Part shown: positions 48,142-60,502 of the stretch, one piece after another
Position numbering within the stretch: position 1 is the stretch's first letter
How the letters are laid out: each line of letters starts with the position of its first letter
From: Actinomycetota bacterium
Lineage (GTDB): Bacteria > Actinomycetota > Actinomycetes > Nanopelagicales > Nanopelagicaceae
Direction of reading: 5' to 3'
NCBI GenBank assembly: GCA_009704505.1
Contig: WLEB01000001.1
Location: 7,129 to 71,128 of the forward strand
DNA length: 64,000 nucleotides
The notes under the pieces: generated by a model
Seen by the model: the letters and a program-made list of their open reading frames with translations, nothing else
What the model was told of the DNA's origin: nothing
The model's database searches: none
Position numbers and translations under genes: made by a program

Positions 48142-50079
48142 TTAGAGAGAATAAGGCTCCACGCGGATCGCAATCAAATCTTTCTTAGCAATACTTCTCT
48201 TCTTCTGAAACTCTAAAAGGAAAGAGTGTAGTTTCCTTGAATCGGAGACAGAAGTATAAAGAACCAGCTTGGCTTGATTGTTCGCAACTGGTGTAGGCCC
48301 AAAAATCTGCAGCGAATCTGGCAAGCGACCTTCTCTGAAGGCTCTTTGCATTCCTGTTGCAATCGCGGTGCTTTCTTTCTCCGAAACCAACAAAACTGCG
48401 GAGGAGACAAACGGTGGCAAGTTAACATCTAACCGATCGGCCAGTTCACGCTTCATGAGAGGAACAACATTCCACCGAGTAATCGCGGGAACAATCGGAT
48501 GAACAGGATCAATAACTAAGATCGCTTTACCATTTTTTGATAGCAATGCTGAAGTTTCAAAAATTATTTCACGTGCTCGCTCTTGGGTTCTAATATCTGT
48601 GTGAGAAAAGAATCTGATTGCATCCAAAATAACAATTGCTGAGTATCCGCCTTTGACTGCGGGCTGAGCTCCGGGCGTGGACAGAACTAAAGAAGGTTTG
48701 CTTTCCACTTCTTCCTTAATCACCTCTCCGGCCGAAATTACTACTGGATAACCCGGAAAAGCACGAGATATCTCCTCAGAAGCTCTATCGATCCCACGGC
48801 CTGCAAGATATTGAGAACTTCGATTACAAAATTTGCATTTCCAATCATCAAAACTTAAGCCACAATGAACGCACGTTGGTGGACTAGATTTCGAGCCAAC
48901 CTGAAGACGACCACCACATTGGCATAAGGCGATATTTCTGCAATGTGAGCACAAAAGAGCATTCCCATAACCCTTCCTTGCAGCTAGAAAAAGTACTGGC
49001 CCTTTTTTTAGCGCTGATCTAATCTCAGGAAAAATACGCCCCGGCAAGAGAGTTCCAGAATCTGGCGAGAATGACGCAATGCTCACTTCAGCGGTAGCAG
49101 GAGTAAAAGATACTTCACTTGTATCGATCAAAAATCCAATTTCTACCGATGGGCTGTACCCTACAAACAAAATCTGTAGTCCCTGTAACTTTGCGCGCTC
49201 CATTGCAACTGTCCTGCTGTTCCAACCGGGTGAACGAATTTCATAGTGCAATGGTGAAGATTCTTTGTAAACAATTATCGTTGAAAGATCATCTATAGGT
49301 GCAAACACTGAACCACGTGTTCCGACTACGAGCTTCTTAACTTGCCTTTGACATTGCAGAAAACTTTCATATCTTTCATTTCTCGGCATAGAAGATGTGA
49401 GCTTAAGAACCATATGCTGGGCATCCTTGAACTCTTTTAAAATCTGATCGACATCCTTATCATCGGGTGCGATGATCAATACACTTCCCTGCTTAAGGGC
49501 ATGCTTGGCCGCTACGGCAACTTGCACCTCTGGAGGAATTACCGGAGCTAATTGCATGAAACTGAAAGTATGAGGGCGCTGATCGCTAACTCGATCTGAA
49601 TCAACTCTAGAGATTCTTCTACTTAATTGATCAATATCATCCTCACCAGCATTCGAAGCGACATCAAACTTCTTATCCACTGATGCCACTCGCGGAGGTA
49701 TCGCAGATTTAATCACGTCCCATGGATTACATGCATATGCCTCAGCAATATGATCGATTAACTTCAAAGATTTCGTCGTGGCGATTGGATGAGGTGAAAG
49801 AACCTTGGTGATGAACTTTAAGGTTCCTGCGCGTTCAGGTGTTTCAGTCCGTTCGACGATTATCCCTTCGACTTCCCTGTTGCCGAAAGGAACTTGGACT
49901 CTAACGCCTACAGAGACAATCTTCGTGAATTTTTCTGGAACGATATAGTCGTACAGATCATCTAGGTGGAAAACACCGGTATCCACCCTTACTCGAACAA
50001 ATGAAGATGTAGAGGCTTGAACGGGCGAAGATGCTGATGCAACTTCGGCTTTTAACCGAAAAAGCCTCGATGATGCCAC
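48142..50079 (-). CDS. priA: Primosomal protein N' (actinobacterial type, degenerate helicase motifs)
   Basis: G.RVQVPFG, VVGTRGSVFAP, Cys-rich region, position after metK. Confidence 0.85.
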   Translation of the reverse strand: MASSRLFRLKAEVASASSPVQASTSSFVRVRVDTGVFHLDDLYDYIVPEKFTKIVSVGVRVQVPFGNREVEGIIVERTETPERAGTLKFITKVLSPHPIATTKSLKLIDHIAEAYACNPWDVIKSAIPPRVASVDKKFDVASNAGEDDIDQLSRRISRVDSDRVSDQRPHTFSFMQLAPVIPPEVQVAVAAKHALKQGSVLIIAPDDKDVDQILKEFKDAQHMVLKLTSSMPRNERYESFLQCQRQVKKLVVGTRGSVFAPIDDLSTIIVYKESSPLHYEIRSPGWNSRTVAMERAKLQGLQILFVGYSPSVEIGFLIDTSEVSFTPATAEVSIASFSPDSGTLLPGRIFPEIRSALKKGPVLFLAARKGYGNALLCSHCRNIALCQCGGRLQVGSKSSPPTCVHCGLSFDDWKCKFCNRSSQYLAGRGIDRASEEISRAFPGYPVVISAGEVIKEEVESKPSLVLSTPGAQPAVKGGYSAIVILDAIRFFSHTDIRTQERAREIIFETSALLSKNGKAILVIDPVHPIVPAITRWNVVPLMKRELADRLDVNLPPFVSSAVLLVSEKESTAIATGMQRAFREGRLPDSLQIFGPTPVANNQAKLVLYTSVSDSRKLHSFLLEFQKKRSIAKKDLIAIRVEPYSL

Positions 50080-50082
50080 AAA

Positions 50083-51273
50083 TTATTTTATTGCGTTTTG
50101 AAGTGCAGAGACACGGTCGGTGCGCTCCCAAGCAAATTCTGGGAGCTCACGTCCAAAGTGTCCATAGGCACTTGTAAGTGAATAGATAGGGCGTAGTAAT
50201 TCAAGATCGCGAATAATCGCAGCTGGGCGAAGATCGAAAGTAGAAACTACTGCGTTCTGGATTTTAGATACGGGAACTGATTCAGTTCCGAAAGTTTCTA
50301 CAAAAACCCCGACAGGTTGAGCTTTTCCAATTGCATAGGCGACCTGTACTTCACATCTTTTTGCTAAACCAGCAGCAACCACATTCTTTGCTACCCATCG
50401 CATGGCGTAAGCAGCAGAGCGATCAACCTTGGACGGATCCTTACCGCTAAAAGCTCCGCCCCCATGTCGTGCCATTCCACCATAAGTGTCAACGATAATT
50501 TTTCTGCCAGTTAGTCCTGCATCTCCCATAGGACCACCGATGACGAAACGACCTGTGGGATTGATGAGAGTACGAAGATCCTTCTTTGGCAGATCAATTA
50601 AGCTAAGAATTGGATCAATAACAAGCTTTATCACATCTGGTGTCAGTTTCTTTACTACATCTACATCTTCTGAGTGCTGACTAGAAATAACAACTGTATC
50701 TATTGCAATAGCTTTATCACCGTCATACTCAATCGTTACTTGAGTTTTTCCATCAGGTCTTAAGTATGAGAGTTCACCTGATTTTCGCACTTTAGTTAGC
50801 TGTTGCGCTAAAGCATGTGCCAACCAGATCGGCAATGGCATAAGCTCTTTCGTATCATCACAGGCGTAGCCAAACATTAATCCTTGGTCCCCAGCACCCT
50901 GAAGATCTAGTGGATCGACAGCTGCCGAAACTCGATGTTCGTATGCGTCGTTGACACCTGCAGCAATATCTTGTGACTGTTGACCAATTGAAATAGATAC
51001 TCCACAAGAGTTACCGTCGAAGCCCTTATCGGAAGAGTCATAACCTATGTTTAGCACGGTGTCGCGTACTATGCCATTTACATCTGCATATCCGTTGGTA
51101 GTTACTTCGCCTGCAACGTGAACTTGTCCTGTCGTGATAAGGGTTTCTACCGCAACGCGACTTTTCTTATCTTGCGAAATTAGTGAATCTAAAACTGCGT
51201 CTGATATCGCATCTGCGATCTTATCTGGGTGACCTTCAGTAACTGATTCTGAAGTAAAAAGTCGTTTTGACAT
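50083..51273 (-). CDS. metK: S-adenosylmethionine synthetase
   Basis: [28 protein letters not shown]. Confidence 0.98.
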   Translation of the reverse strand: MSKRLFTSESVTEGHPDKIADAISDAVLDSLISQDKKSRVAVETLITTGQVHVAGEVTTNGYADVNGIVRDTVLNIGYDSSDKGFDGNSCGVSISIGQQSQDIAAGVNDAYEHRVSAAVDPLDLQGAGDQGLMFGYACDDTKELMPLPIWLAHALAQQLTKVRKSGELSYLRPDGKTQVTIEYDGDKAIAIDTVVISSQHSEDVDVVKKLTPDVIKLVIDPILSLIDLPKKDLRTLINPTGRFVIGGPMGDAGLTGRKIIVDTYGGMARHGGGAFSGKDPSKVDRSAAYAMRWVAKNVVAAGLAKRCEVQVAYAIGKAQPVGVFVETFGTESVPVSKIQNAVVSTFDLRPAAIIRDLELLRPIYSLTSAYGHFGRELPEFAWERTDRVSALQNAIK

Positions 51274-51275
51274 TT

Positions 51276-52460
51276 TTAACCTAACTGCCGGATGGCCTGA
51301 TCAAGTAGTAAATTTCCGAGAGCGTCCTTGGAGACTTCCTTGACCGCTATATCCGCACCGTTGCGTGTGAGTATCGTACCCATAGTCTTATCTTTACCAA
51401 ATATCGCCCCGCCTGAAACATCATTAACATAGATAAGATCCAAGCCTTTACTTTCCATCTTCCTGCGGGCCTCTTGCAGGTGGTCCCTAGTTTCGGCTGC
51501 AAAGCCAATCATTAACTGATTCGTTTTGCTTTTGCTCATTTCGGCAATTAGATCAGTGTTAGGGGTTAACTCAATCGTTCCTAGAAGAGTTTTTTTGATC
51601 TTTTCGAAAGAAACCAACTTAGGTCTGGCATCTGCAACTGCTGCACTCATGATCAATATGTCACATTGTGGAAACTGTTCTGTAAGCGCTTCGTGCATCT
51701 CCTGCGTGCTGACAACATGAGTCGTTTGAATACCCCTCACATCCTTTTCATCAACATTTGCTGCAATTAGGTGAACTAGTGCGCCTCTCTTCTTAGCTGC
51801 AAGAGCGATAGCTATTCCCTGTTTTCCAGATGATCTGTTCCCGATAAATCGAACTGGGTCAATGTTTTCTTGAGTTCCACCCGCAGTAACCAAAACCCTT
51901 TTGCCAACTAAGTCTGAAATGTTTCCTGTCAGTTCATCAAACTCTTTAACGATGGATGCAGTCTCCGGGAATCGACCTTGCCCTTCATCTGAACCAGTCA
52001 GGCGTCCAACTTCTGGCTCCATAATTTTAAATCCCCGATCACGAAGCGTTTGTACATTAGATACCGTGGCAGGATCAAGCCACATCGAAGGATGCATCGC
52101 GGGTACAAGCATTTTTGGAGAGTTAGAAGCCAATACTAAATTTGTTAACAAATCATCAGCTCGACCAGCAGCAAGTCGTGCGATTAAATCGGCGGTAGCT
52201 GGCGCAATAACGAAATACTCTGATTGCTCAGCCAAAGAAATATGTGGAACTGAGTGTACGTTCTCCCAAACTTGAACATTAACTGGTCGACCAGAGAGTG
52301 CTTCCCAAGTGGCCTTACCTACAAAATTAAGTGAAGAGGGCGTTGGTACAACAGTGACTTGGTAACCGCGATCCTGCAATCTTCGTAGAAGTTCGCATGA
52401 TTTATAAGCAGCTATTCCACCGCCTACACCTAGAACTATTTCTGGACCGAGTTGTGACAT
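51276..52460 (-). CDS. coaBC: Phosphopantothenoylcysteine decarboxylase/ligase
   Basis: [44 protein letters not shown]. Confidence 0.95.
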   Translation of the reverse strand: MSQLGPEIVLGVGGGIAAYKSCELLRRLQDRGYQVTVVPTPSSLNFVGKATWEALSGRPVNVQVWENVHSVPHISLAEQSEYFVIAPATADLIARLAAGRADDLLTNLVLASNSPKMLVPAMHPSMWLDPATVSNVQTLRDRGFKIMEPEVGRLTGSDEGQGRFPETASIVKEFDELTGNISDLVGKRVLVTAGGTQENIDPVRFIGNRSSGKQGIAIALAAKKRGALVHLIAANVDEKDVRGIQTTHVVSTQEMHEALTEQFPQCDILIMSAAVADARPKLVSFEKIKKTLLGTIELTPNTDLIAEMSKSKTNQLMIGFAAETRDHLQEARRKMESKGLDLIYVNDVSGGAIFGKDKTMGTILTRNGADIAVKEVSKDALGNLLLDQAIRQLG

Positions 52461-52485
52461 TTCTGGACCTGAAAATTACAAGAGA

Positions 52486-52734
52486 TTATGCAGTAGGTTC
52501 TAGATTTTCGATTGTCAGTAAACCTTCATTGATCTCGCGAAGTGCGATTGAAAGAGGCTTTTCATGAACGTGAGTCTCAACCAATGGTCCAACATATTCA
52601 AGAAGACCTTCACCAAGCTGAGAGTAATACGCGTTGATTTGGCGGGCACGCTTAGCTGCATACAGAACTAGGCTGTATTTTGATCCACTTTTATCTAGTA
52701 GTTCATCGATTGGTGGATTTGTTATGCCATCCAT
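52486..52734 (-). CDS. rpoZ: RNA polymerase omega subunit
   Basis: [16 protein letters not shown]...[17 protein letters not shown]. Confidence 0.96.
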   Translation of the reverse strand: MDGITNPPIDELLDKSGSKYSLVLYAAKRARQINAYYSQLGEGLLEYVGPLVETHVHEKPLSIALREINEGLLTIENLEPTA

Positions 52735-52758
52735 GAGTAACTCCGCTTCATCACTTGA

Positions 52759-53631
52759 TTAGGAGGCCAACTCTATCAGTTTCTGGACAACCCCTTCGAC
52801 CTCATCATTTACAAGGACTACGTCAAAAGATGAGGCCGCATCTAGTTCGGCTTGGGCCAACTCAAGCCTTTGAGCCCGACGAACTTCATCATCGGTACCG
52901 CGTCCTTCTAGGCGAGATACAAGCTCTTCCCATGACGGAGGCTCTAGAAAAACCAATATCGATTGTGGCAAATGCGCCTTTACTTGTTTCGCGCCTGCAA
53001 TTTCAATCTCGAGAAGAACATTTTTCCCAAGGAGTAAAGCTTGCTCAACTTTGTCTTGCGTAGTTCCGTAACGATTACCAGCAAACTCTGCCCACTCCAA
53101 AAACTCACCGTTATTGATCATAGTTTGGAAAACTTCATGCGATACGAAATGATAATCACGTCCATTGACTTCATTGCTGCGTGGTTGCCTTGTCGTATAA
53201 CTAACGCTGACCCAGAAATCACCAACCTCGCGCAGTTTCTTTGCGACCGTACTTTTACCTACTCCCCCAGGTCCAGAAAGAACCAGGAGTTTGCCCGGGC
53301 TAATCGCGTGTGAGGATTTCATAAACTCATTTCTAATTTGCGTGATCTGATGGCGCCCAAGGCCCTTGACTCTACGGGTAGGAGATATCTCAAGTCGCTC
53401 CATAAGTGTTAAGGCCCTTACTTTACCTACTCCCGACAATGATTCAAGGAGTTCGCGCACTCGCATATTTGCCACTGCTTCATCTGTTTTGGAAAGTTCC
53501 AATATGTTATCGATGACCAATGATCCCGATTTCAACTCTGACTTTATGTAAGCTCGACGCTTTCTCGAAGCAGCAGCCTTTTCTAAAGCCTTTAAACGCT
53601 GTTCATCAGTCAAACGAGGGGGTAAAGCCAT
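52759..53631 (-). CDS. mihF-gmk: Fusion of actinobacterial integration host factor (mIHF/sIHF) and guanylate kinase
   Basis: Residues 1-103 MALP.LT.EQR..ALEKA..R..R...K, LLESL.GVGKVRA, RRVKGLG; then SGPGGVGKS, TTR.PR..EV.G.DY.F, YGT in one frame. Confidence 0.9.
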   Translation of the reverse strand: MALPPRLTDEQRLKALEKAAASRKRRAYIKSELKSGSLVIDNILELSKTDEAVANMRVRELLESLSGVGKVRALTLMERLEISPTRRVKGLGRHQITQIRNEFMKSSHAISPGKLLVLSGPGGVGKSTVAKKLREVGDFWVSVSYTTRQPRSNEVNGRDYHFVSHEVFQTMINNGEFLEWAEFAGNRYGTTQDKVEQALLLGKNVLLEIEIAGAKQVKAHLPQSILVFLEPPSWEELVSRLEGRGTDDEVRRAQRLELAQAELDAASSFDVVLVNDEVEGVVQKLIELAS

Positions 53632-53643
53632 AGGACAAACTTA

Positions 53644-54351
53644 CTAGTTAATCAAAACCTGCGCCGCAATCTGCGCGGCTCTTTCTTTCATTGCCGAACT
53701 GCCGTTAGCCCAACTTTGCGTAATGGGGCGACCAATAACAACAAGAGAGGCGCCTGCCGAAATTGCATCAGCTGGTGTCATTACTCGAACCTGATCATCT
53801 GTATTCTCTGACCCTTTCGGCCTTACACCTGGAGTAATGATTACAGGATCTGCGCCAATTTCTTTTCGAATAGCAGTTATCTCCAGAGGCGAGCAAACAA
53901 TTGCCCGGGAACCCGATAGCGTAGCCAACTTAGCTAACGCAACCGCACTCTCCAAAGTTGGTTTTCGGTATCCGATTAACTCAAGATCGGAATCTCCTAA
54001 AGATGTAAGAATCGTGACACCCGTTATCAATGTATTGGGTACAGCCTCTGCTGCTGCCTTGATCATTGCCGCACCACCGGAAGCATGAACGGTTAAATAC
54101 TTCGGGTGCAAATTAGAAATCGCCGTTGCCGCCCCATTTACTGTGTGCGGTATATCGTGCAGCTTTAAGTCAAGGAAAATATCTGAATCTGTTTCATCCT
54201 GAATTGCTCTGACTCCATCGCTTCCAAATGTGAGGAAGAACTCCAAACCTAACTTATAAACTGAAATAGAATCTTGTGTGGCTTTCACCCATGCAATGGC
54301 GGTCTTTAATTCAGATGTATCAACTGCAAGAACTATCGGAGCCTTAGCCAT
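53644..54351 (-). CDS. pyrF: Orotidine-5'-phosphate decarboxylase
   Basis: FLDLKLHDIPHT, VTILTS, TPGVRP, VIGRPIT; start ATG 54351. Confidence 0.95.
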   Translation of the reverse strand: MAKAPIVLAVDTSELKTAIAWVKATQDSISVYKLGLEFFLTFGSDGVRAIQDETDSDIFLDLKLHDIPHTVNGAATAISNLHPKYLTVHASGGAAMIKAAAEAVPNTLITGVTILTSLGDSDLELIGYRKPTLESAVALAKLATLSGSRAIVCSPLEITAIRKEIGADPVIITPGVRPKGSENTDDQVRVMTPADAISAGASLVVIGRPITQSWANGSSAMKERAAQIAAQVLIN

Positions 54352-55291
54352 GAGAATCCTCCTCTGTGCGATGGGCATAACCAACAGCATCTTTAAGTGA
54401 TTTAAAACCTCGATCTATGAGCAACTGTTTTAACTCACTTTGAATCGACATGATCGCTGTTGGATTCCCGAAACTTGCAGTTCCTATTGAGACGCCGCTA
54501 GCTCCAGCCAAAATCATCTCCAAAGCATCTTTGCCACTGGCGATTCCTCCCATTCCTAAAATAGGAGTTTTCGGGAGAGCGGCGTGTACTTGGTAAACCG
54601 CTCTTACTGCAATTGGTCTAATAGCTGGTCCAGAGAGTCCACCTGTTTTACCGCCAAGTTGTGGCCTCATCGTGTTCACATTAATTACCATTCCAAGAAC
54701 TGTATTAATGAGTGCAAGACCATCAGCGCCAGCGTCCACAACACCCTTTGCTATAGAAACTAAATCAGTTACATCCGGTGACAACTTGGCAATAATTGGT
54801 AGTTCTCCACCTAAAGTTCTACGGACTCCATCTATGACCCGCCTTGAAGCATCAGGATCACATGCAAAAACAAGTCCTCTGTTTTCCACGTTGGGACAGG
54901 AGATATTTACTTCAACAGCGCTAATTCCGGAGACCGAACGCAGTTTCCTCGCAAGTGTTGAGTACTCTTCTACAGTTTCACCAGCGATCGATACGATAAC
55001 GCGGGCCTTCTGCTCTATAAGGTAAGGAATATCTTGAGTTAAAAATGCATCAATGCCCGGACCCTGCAACCCAATCGAGTTAAGCATTCCACTTGGCGTT
55101 TCAGCCATTCGTGGAGTTGGGCGACCCGGTCGCACACGTGACATTACCGATTTCGTCACTACTCCACCCATCTCACGCAACGGAAAAAATTGAGCTAACT
55201 CGCGCCCAGAACTTGCGCACCCACTTGCTGTAAATGTTGGAGCAGGAAACCATGCATTTCCTATGGTGGTTGAAAAGTCTAAAGCACTCAT
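54344..55291 (-). CDS. pyrD: Dihydroorotate dehydrogenase, class 1B catalytic subunit
   Basis: ASGC, MLNSIGLQGPG, EVNISCPN, KLSPD, GGLSGPAIRP. Confidence 0.93.
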   Translation of the reverse strand: MSALDFSTTIGNAWFPAPTFTASGCASSGRELAQFFPLREMGGVVTKSVMSRVRPGRPTPRMAETPSGMLNSIGLQGPGIDAFLTQDIPYLIEQKARVIVSIAGETVEEYSTLARKLRSVSGISAVEVNISCPNVENRGLVFACDPDASRRVIDGVRRTLGGELPIIAKLSPDVTDLVSIAKGVVDAGADGLALINTVLGMVINVNTMRPQLGGKTGGLSGPAIRPIAVRAVYQVHAALPKTPILGMGGIASGKDALEMILAGASGVSIGTASFGNPTAIMSIQSELKQLLIDRGFKSLKDAVGYAHRTEEDSHG

Positions 55292-56124
55292 AACTGTTTA
55301 CCTACCTGGCTCCAACTGACCTTTTCTCCATCCATAACAGGACCATCGATGCATGAACGCAGCATTGAAACAGATCCATCTGCGCCTTCAACAGGAAGTA
55401 CGCAGGTCATGCAGACACCAATTCCGCAGGCCATAGATTCTTCGACAGAGCATTGATGAACAACATCCAATGCAGTTGTTATCGCAGTGATAGCTGAGAG
55501 CATTGCCATAGGCCCACATGAATAAACCACGGCAACATTTAGATCTTTGATCTGTTCATATAAATGATCTGTTACGCGACCTGTTTGTCCTGTCGAACCA
55601 TCTTCTGTATAGATGCGCATCGTATTGACGGCGCGTTTTCCTTCCATGGGAGCGTAGATACTTGAGGCTGTGCTTGCTCCTAAAATCATATCCACACGAG
55701 AACCTCGAGCATTAAGCACCTCGGCTAAACCAAACAACGGCGCTGAGCCATAACCCCCTCCAATTAACAAAACAGGTAATGGTTCTGTCGGTACTCTAAA
55801 TGCAGTCCCAAGAGGAACAACGATATCGATCAAATCTCCCTCAATGCGATTACATAACCAGGTACTGCCTTGACCATGTGGAGCAACTATTAACTCCATC
55901 GTTCCACCTGAAGCAGATGATGTAGAGACCCTGGAGATTGCAAATGCACGTCTAAGAACTAGAGCGGAGTTATCTCCACCGACTTTAATGGCAACGAAAT
56001 TGCCCGGTTTGCACTTCTGGGCTAAATCACCAATGTTTACAATAATTTGATGATAAATGCCGACACGTTTGTTCGAGATGACCGGTGCTAGAACTTGCTT
56101 AGCATTCTTATTAATTGGGCTCAC
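55288..56124 (-). CDS. pyrK: Dihydroorotate dehydrogenase electron-transfer subunit
   Basis: GGGYG.AP, CGP..M, EE.MACGIGVC..C, C.DGPV (2Fe-2S). Confidence 0.92.
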   Translation of the reverse strand: MSPINKNAKQVLAPVISNKRVGIYHQIIVNIGDLAQKCKPGNFVAIKVGGDNSALVLRRAFAISRVSTSSASGGTMELIVAPHGQGSTWLCNRIEGDLIDIVVPLGTAFRVPTEPLPVLLIGGGYGSAPLFGLAEVLNARGSRVDMILGASTASSIYAPMEGKRAVNTMRIYTEDGSTGQTGRVTDHLYEQIKDLNVAVVYSCGPMAMLSAITAITTALDVVHQCSVEESMACGIGVCMTCVLPVEGADGSVSMLRSCIDGPVMDGEKVSWSQVGKQL

Positions 56125-59100
56125 TTATGTCAGCCATTTCTGCAAAGATTTAACACTAAGTGTTGATCCCTGTAAAAATCGAATTCCTTGAACTGCTGCA
56201 CTAAATCCAGCAATCGTTGTTATACAGGGAATCGATCGTTGAATTGCTGCTGTGCGAATAGCCCATCCATCTTCACGTGTGCCTTGGCCTACTGGTGTAT
56301 TGATAACTAGGTCGATCTCGCCACTGTTCATCATTTCAACAATAGTTTTTTCACCCAAAGGTCCAGTGCCTTCTGAGTTCTTACGCACAGTAATGGGATT
56401 TAAACCTCGAGACCGTAAGAACTCGGCTGTTCCACTTGTTGCAAGTATTTGAAAACCCAATGCTGCAAAACCTTTTGATGGCTCAATGCCAGATGTTTTG
56501 TCTTTATCGGCCAGAGAAATAAAGACCTTCCCAGATTTAGGTAAAGCTCCAAAAGATGCTATTTGGGATTTTGCATAGCTCTCACCAAATGTTGGCGCGA
56601 TACCCATCACCTCTCCAGTAGATCGCATCTCTGGTCCAAGAACAGCATCTACTCCACGTCCATCAGTTCTACGAAAACGGTTCCATGGTAGGACTGCCTC
56701 CTTCACAGAAATTCCATGTGCAATACCATCACCGGTTGCCGGCAATAAACCCGAACTCCTTAAATCAGATATTGACTTTCCAACAGAAATCAATGCTGCT
56801 GCCTTTGCAAGTGCTACTCCCGTTGCTTTGCTAACGAAGGGCACAGTCCGCGAGGCTCTTGGATTTGCTTCCAATACATACAAGATGTTGTGTTCGATAG
56901 CGAACTGAATATTTATCAATCCTCTAACGCCAACACCCTGAGCAATTTTTAGCGTTGCATTTCGAATTTCACTCTTTTGTTGATGTGAAATAGTGAGAGC
57001 GGGCAATACACATGCGCTATCCCCGCTGTGAACACCCGCTTCTTCGATGTGTTCCATAATTCCACCAAGAAACAGCTCTTTCCCATCAAAAAGTGCATCC
57101 ACATCAATTTCGATCGCGTTATCCAAAAAGCGATCAACAAGTACTGGATGATCAGGGGTTATCTGTGTAGCACGAGTGATGAAGCCCGCCAAGGATTGAT
57201 CGTCGTAGACAATTTCCATTCCGCGACCACCCAAAACAAAAGAAGGTCTGACTAGAACTGGGTATCCAATATTTTGTGCAATCGATTGAGCTTCCAATTG
57301 CGTTGAGGCCATGCCAAATTGTGGCGCCGTTAGTGACTGTTCCTTTAGAACCGCTCCGAATGCTCCACGCTCTTCGGCTAAATTTATTGCTTCAGGTGAT
57401 GTACCTAAAATTGTTACGCCATTTGCTTTCAATCCAGCCGCTAAACCAAGAGGTGTCTGACCACCAAGTTGAGTGATGACACCGAGAACAGGGCCAGCCT
57501 GAGTTTCGGCATGTATAACTTCGAGCACATCTTCAAGGGTTAATGGTTCGAAATAGAGACGACTGCTCGTGTCATAGTCTGTAGAGACAGTTTCCGGATT
57601 GCAATTAATCATAATCGTGTCATAACCGGCATCTCTTAATGCAAAGGATGCATGAACACATGAATAGTCAAACTCAATTCCCTGTCCAATTCGATTTGGA
57701 CCACTTCCAAGAATGATTACCGCTGGGTTAGTTCGTAAGCCCACTTCATTTTCTTCCTCATAACTTGAGTAGTAATAAGGAGTAAAAGCCTCAAATTCGG
57801 CAGCACATGTATCAACAGTTTTAAACACCGGTCGCACCGATAATCTGTGACGAAGGTTTCTAATCTCCTCTTCGGATGTGTTTCTCAAAGATGCTATCTG
57901 AGCATCTGAGAAACCATCACTTTTAGCTTTTCGCAGAATCTTCTCGGTAAACTCCCCTGGTTGTGCGATTATGTTTGCTTGTTCGTTAATCACTTGTATC
58001 TGACGTAAATACCATGGGTCTATCTTTGTGGCTTCATGTACTTGTTCGACAGATGCTCCGGCCCATAAAGCTTGTTGAACTTGTTGTAGCCGATATTCGG
58101 TTGGCGTTTTCATTGTCACTAACAGATTGCTCAACTCCTGAGCCGATATTGATGGCCATATGAAGATAGCCTCTTTTCGCTCTAAAGATCTCAACGCTTT
58201 CATAAGGGCCTCGGAGAAAGAACGACCAATGGCCATAGCTTCACCAACGCTTTTCATCGTAGTAGTTAACCTAGGGTCGGCATCGGCGAATTTTTCAAAC
58301 GCAAAACGTGGGACTTTTACGACTACGTAATCTAATGTCGGTTCAAATGAGGCTGGCGTAACCTTTGTGATGTCATTTTGAATCTCATCTAAGGTGTAGC
58401 CGATAGCTAATTTTGTTGCAATCTTTGCAATTGGGAAGCCAGTAGCCTTTGATGCTAATGCACTAGACCTTGATACCCGTGGATTCATCTCAATAACAAT
58501 GATTCGGCCATTGGATGGATTGACTGCGTACTGGATATTGCAGCCACCCGTTTCCACTCCTACTTCGCGGATAATCTGAATCGAAAGATCTCTTAGTTTT
58601 TGGTATTCAACATCTGTCAGAGTCATTGCTGGTGCAACCGTGATCGAATCCCCCGTATGAACACCCATTGGATCTAGATTTTCTATCGAACATACGATCA
58701 CCACATTGTCCTTGTGATCGCGCATAACCTCTAACTCGTACTCTTTCCAACCGATTATTGATTCCTCTAATAAAACTTCTGAGGTTGGACTATGGCGAAG
58801 GCCTGCACCTGCAATTTGGCGAAGCTCTGGTTCATTAAATGCTATTCCAGAGCCAAGTCCACCCATGGTGAAAGAAGGGCGAACAACAACAGGGTAGTTA
58901 AGCACTTGTACTGCAGAGAGAATCTCATCCATCGTATGACAAATTCTGGATTTAGCTGATTCCCCACCAACTTTTTCGACAATCTCACGAAAGAGCTCGC
59001 GATTTTCGCCCCGGTGAATTGCTTCTACATCGGCTCCAATTAGCCGTACTCCATACTTAGATAACGTTCCTCTTTCATAGAGTGCAATAGCAGCATTGAG

Positions 59101-59385
59101 TGCAGTTTGACCACCTAAAGTAGCTAGAACCGCATCAGGTTTTTCCTGAATTATGATCTTCTCGATAATCTCTGGGGTAATTGGTTCGATAAATGTCGCG
59201 TCAGCAAACTCAGGATCAGTCATAATCGTTGCAGGGTTTGAATTTATCAAGATAACTCTAATTCCCTCTGAACGAAGGACACGGCAAGCCTGAGTTCCTG
59301 AGTAATCAAACTCGCATGCTTGTCCGATAACGATCGGACCTGATCCAATAACCAAAACTGACTTTATTGATTTATCCAACGGCAT
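56125..59385 (-). CDS. carB: Carbamoyl-phosphate synthase large subunit
   Basis: [17 protein letters not shown], two ATP-grasp domains ([18 protein letters not shown]), MGS domain. Confidence 0.98.
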   Translation of the reverse strand: MPLDKSIKSVLVIGSGPIVIGQACEFDYSGTQACRVLRSEGIRVILINSNPATIMTDPEFADATFIEPITPEIIEKIIIQEKPDAVLATLGGQTALNAAIALYERGTLSKYGVRLIGADVEAIHRGENRELFREIVEKVGGESAKSRICHTMDEILSAVQVLNYPVVVRPSFTMGGLGSGIAFNEPELRQIAGAGLRHSPTSEVLLEESIIGWKEYELEVMRDHKDNVVIVCSIENLDPMGVHTGDSITVAPAMTLTDVEYQKLRDLSIQIIREVGVETGGCNIQYAVNPSNGRIIVIEMNPRVSRSSALASKATGFPIAKIATKLAIGYTLDEIQNDITKVTPASFEPTLDYVVVKVPRFAFEKFADADPRLTTTMKSVGEAMAIGRSFSEALMKALRSLERKEAIFIWPSISAQELSNLLVTMKTPTEYRLQQVQQALWAGASVEQVHEATKIDPWYLRQIQVINEQANIIAQPGEFTEKILRKAKSDGFSDAQIASLRNTSEEEIRNLRHRLSVRPVFKTVDTCAAEFEAFTPYYYSSYEEENEVGLRTNPAVIILGSGPNRIGQGIEFDYSCVHASFALRDAGYDTIMINCNPETVSTDYDTSSRLYFEPLTLEDVLEVIHAETQAGPVLGVITQLGGQTPLGLAAGLKANGVTILGTSPEAINLAEERGAFGAVLKEQSLTAPQFGMASTQLEAQSIAQNIGYPVLVRPSFVLGGRGMEIVYDDQSLAGFITRATQITPDHPVLVDRFLDNAIEIDVDALFDGKELFLGGIMEHIEEAGVHSGDSACVLPALTISHQQKSEIRNATLKIAQGVGVRGLINIQFAIEHNILYVLEANPRASRTVPFVSKATGVALAKAAALISVGKSISDLRSSGLLPATGDGIAHGISVKEAVLPWNRFRRTDGRGVDAVLGPEMRSTGEVMGIAPTFGESYAKSQIASFGALPKSGKVFISLADKDKTSGIEPSKGFAALGFQILATSGTAEFLRSRGLNPITVRKNSEGTGPLGEKTIVEMMNSGEIDLVINTPVGQGTREDGWAIRTAAIQRSIPCITTIAGFSAAVQGIRFLQGSTLSVKSLQKWLT

Positions 59386-60500
59386 TATGCGTGAACCTTC
59401 TTCGACATAAGATCAATGAATCGATCAAAAAGATATGAAGCATCATGAGGACCCGCAGCTGCTTCAGGATGATATTGCACAGAAAAAGCCGGGCGATCTA
59501 AGAGTGCCAGTCCTTCGACAACTCCATCATTTAGACATACATGAGTAACTTCACCACGACCGTATACCGTTGAAAACTCCATATCTACTGGCGCTTGAAC
59601 AGCAAAGCCATGGTTGTGCGCAGTGATCTCAACTTTTCCTGAAAGTTTATCCATGACAGGTTGATTAATGCCTCGGTGACCAAATGCCAATTTGTATGTT
59701 TCAAAGCCCAACGCTCTTCCCAAAATTTGGTGACCAAAACAGATTCCGAAAATCGGAATCTCCTCAAGCAGCAATGAGCGAACTACTTCAACAACATCAC
59801 CCATCGTCGAAGGGTCACCAGGACCATTTGATAAAAATACTCCATCTGGTTTTAAAGAAAGAATCTCTTCCAAAGTAGAACTAGCTGGCATGACGTGCAC
59901 TTGCACTCCACGCTCCGATAGACCCTTAGGTGTTGCATTTTTTATTCCGAGATCCAACGCCGCTACTACAAACTTTTTTTGCCCTACGGCCTCAACAATA
60001 TAGCTCTTCTTCGTTGAGACATCTTCAACCAAATTTGAACCAGCCATTGCAGGAATCTTTCTGACCTCAACCACCATCTCTTCACGAGAAAGGTTTAAAT
60101 CTGAGAAAATTCCCACGCGCATCGCACCACGGTCTCGAATGTGTCGAGTGATGGCTCGTGTATCAACACCTTGAATACCGATAATTCCTTGTTCGATTAA
60201 CTCACTTTCAAGGCTTTGGTGAGAACGCCAATTTGAAGTCAGTGTGGACGGATTGCGAACGACAAAGCCTGCAACCCAGATCTTCTCGGATTCGTTATCT
60301 TCTTTGTTGACCCCAGTGTTGCCTATGTGTGGGGCGGTCATAACAACAATTTGCTTATGATACGAAGGGTCTGTCAGAGTCTCTTGATAGCCAGTCATTC
60401 CTGTTTGAAATACTGCTTCACCAAAAGTTTTACCGGTAGAGGCCCAACTCTGGCCTTCAAAAATTCTTCCATCGTCAAAGACTAGATAAGCGCTACTCAC
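59385..60500 (-). CDS. carA: Carbamoyl-phosphate synthase small subunit
   Basis: [36 protein letters not shown]. Confidence 0.97.
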   Translation of the reverse strand: MSSAYLVFDDGRIFEGQSWASTGKTFGEAVFQTGMTGYQETLTDPSYHKQIVVMTAPHIGNTGVNKEDNESEKIWVAGFVVRNPSTLTSNWRSHQSLESELIEQGIIGIQGVDTRAITRHIRDRGAMRVGIFSDLNLSREEMVVEVRKIPAMAGSNLVEDVSTKKSYIVEAVGQKKFVVAALDLGIKNATPKGLSERGVQVHVMPASSTLEEILSLKPDGVFLSNGPGDPSTMGDVVEVVRSLLLEEIPIFGICFGHQILGRALGFETYKLAFGHRGINQPVMDKLSGKVEITAHNHGFAVQAPVDMEFSTVYGRGEVTHVCLNDGVVEGLALLDRPAFSVQYHPEAAAGPHDASYLFDRFIDLMSKKVHA

Positions 60501-60502
60501 CG

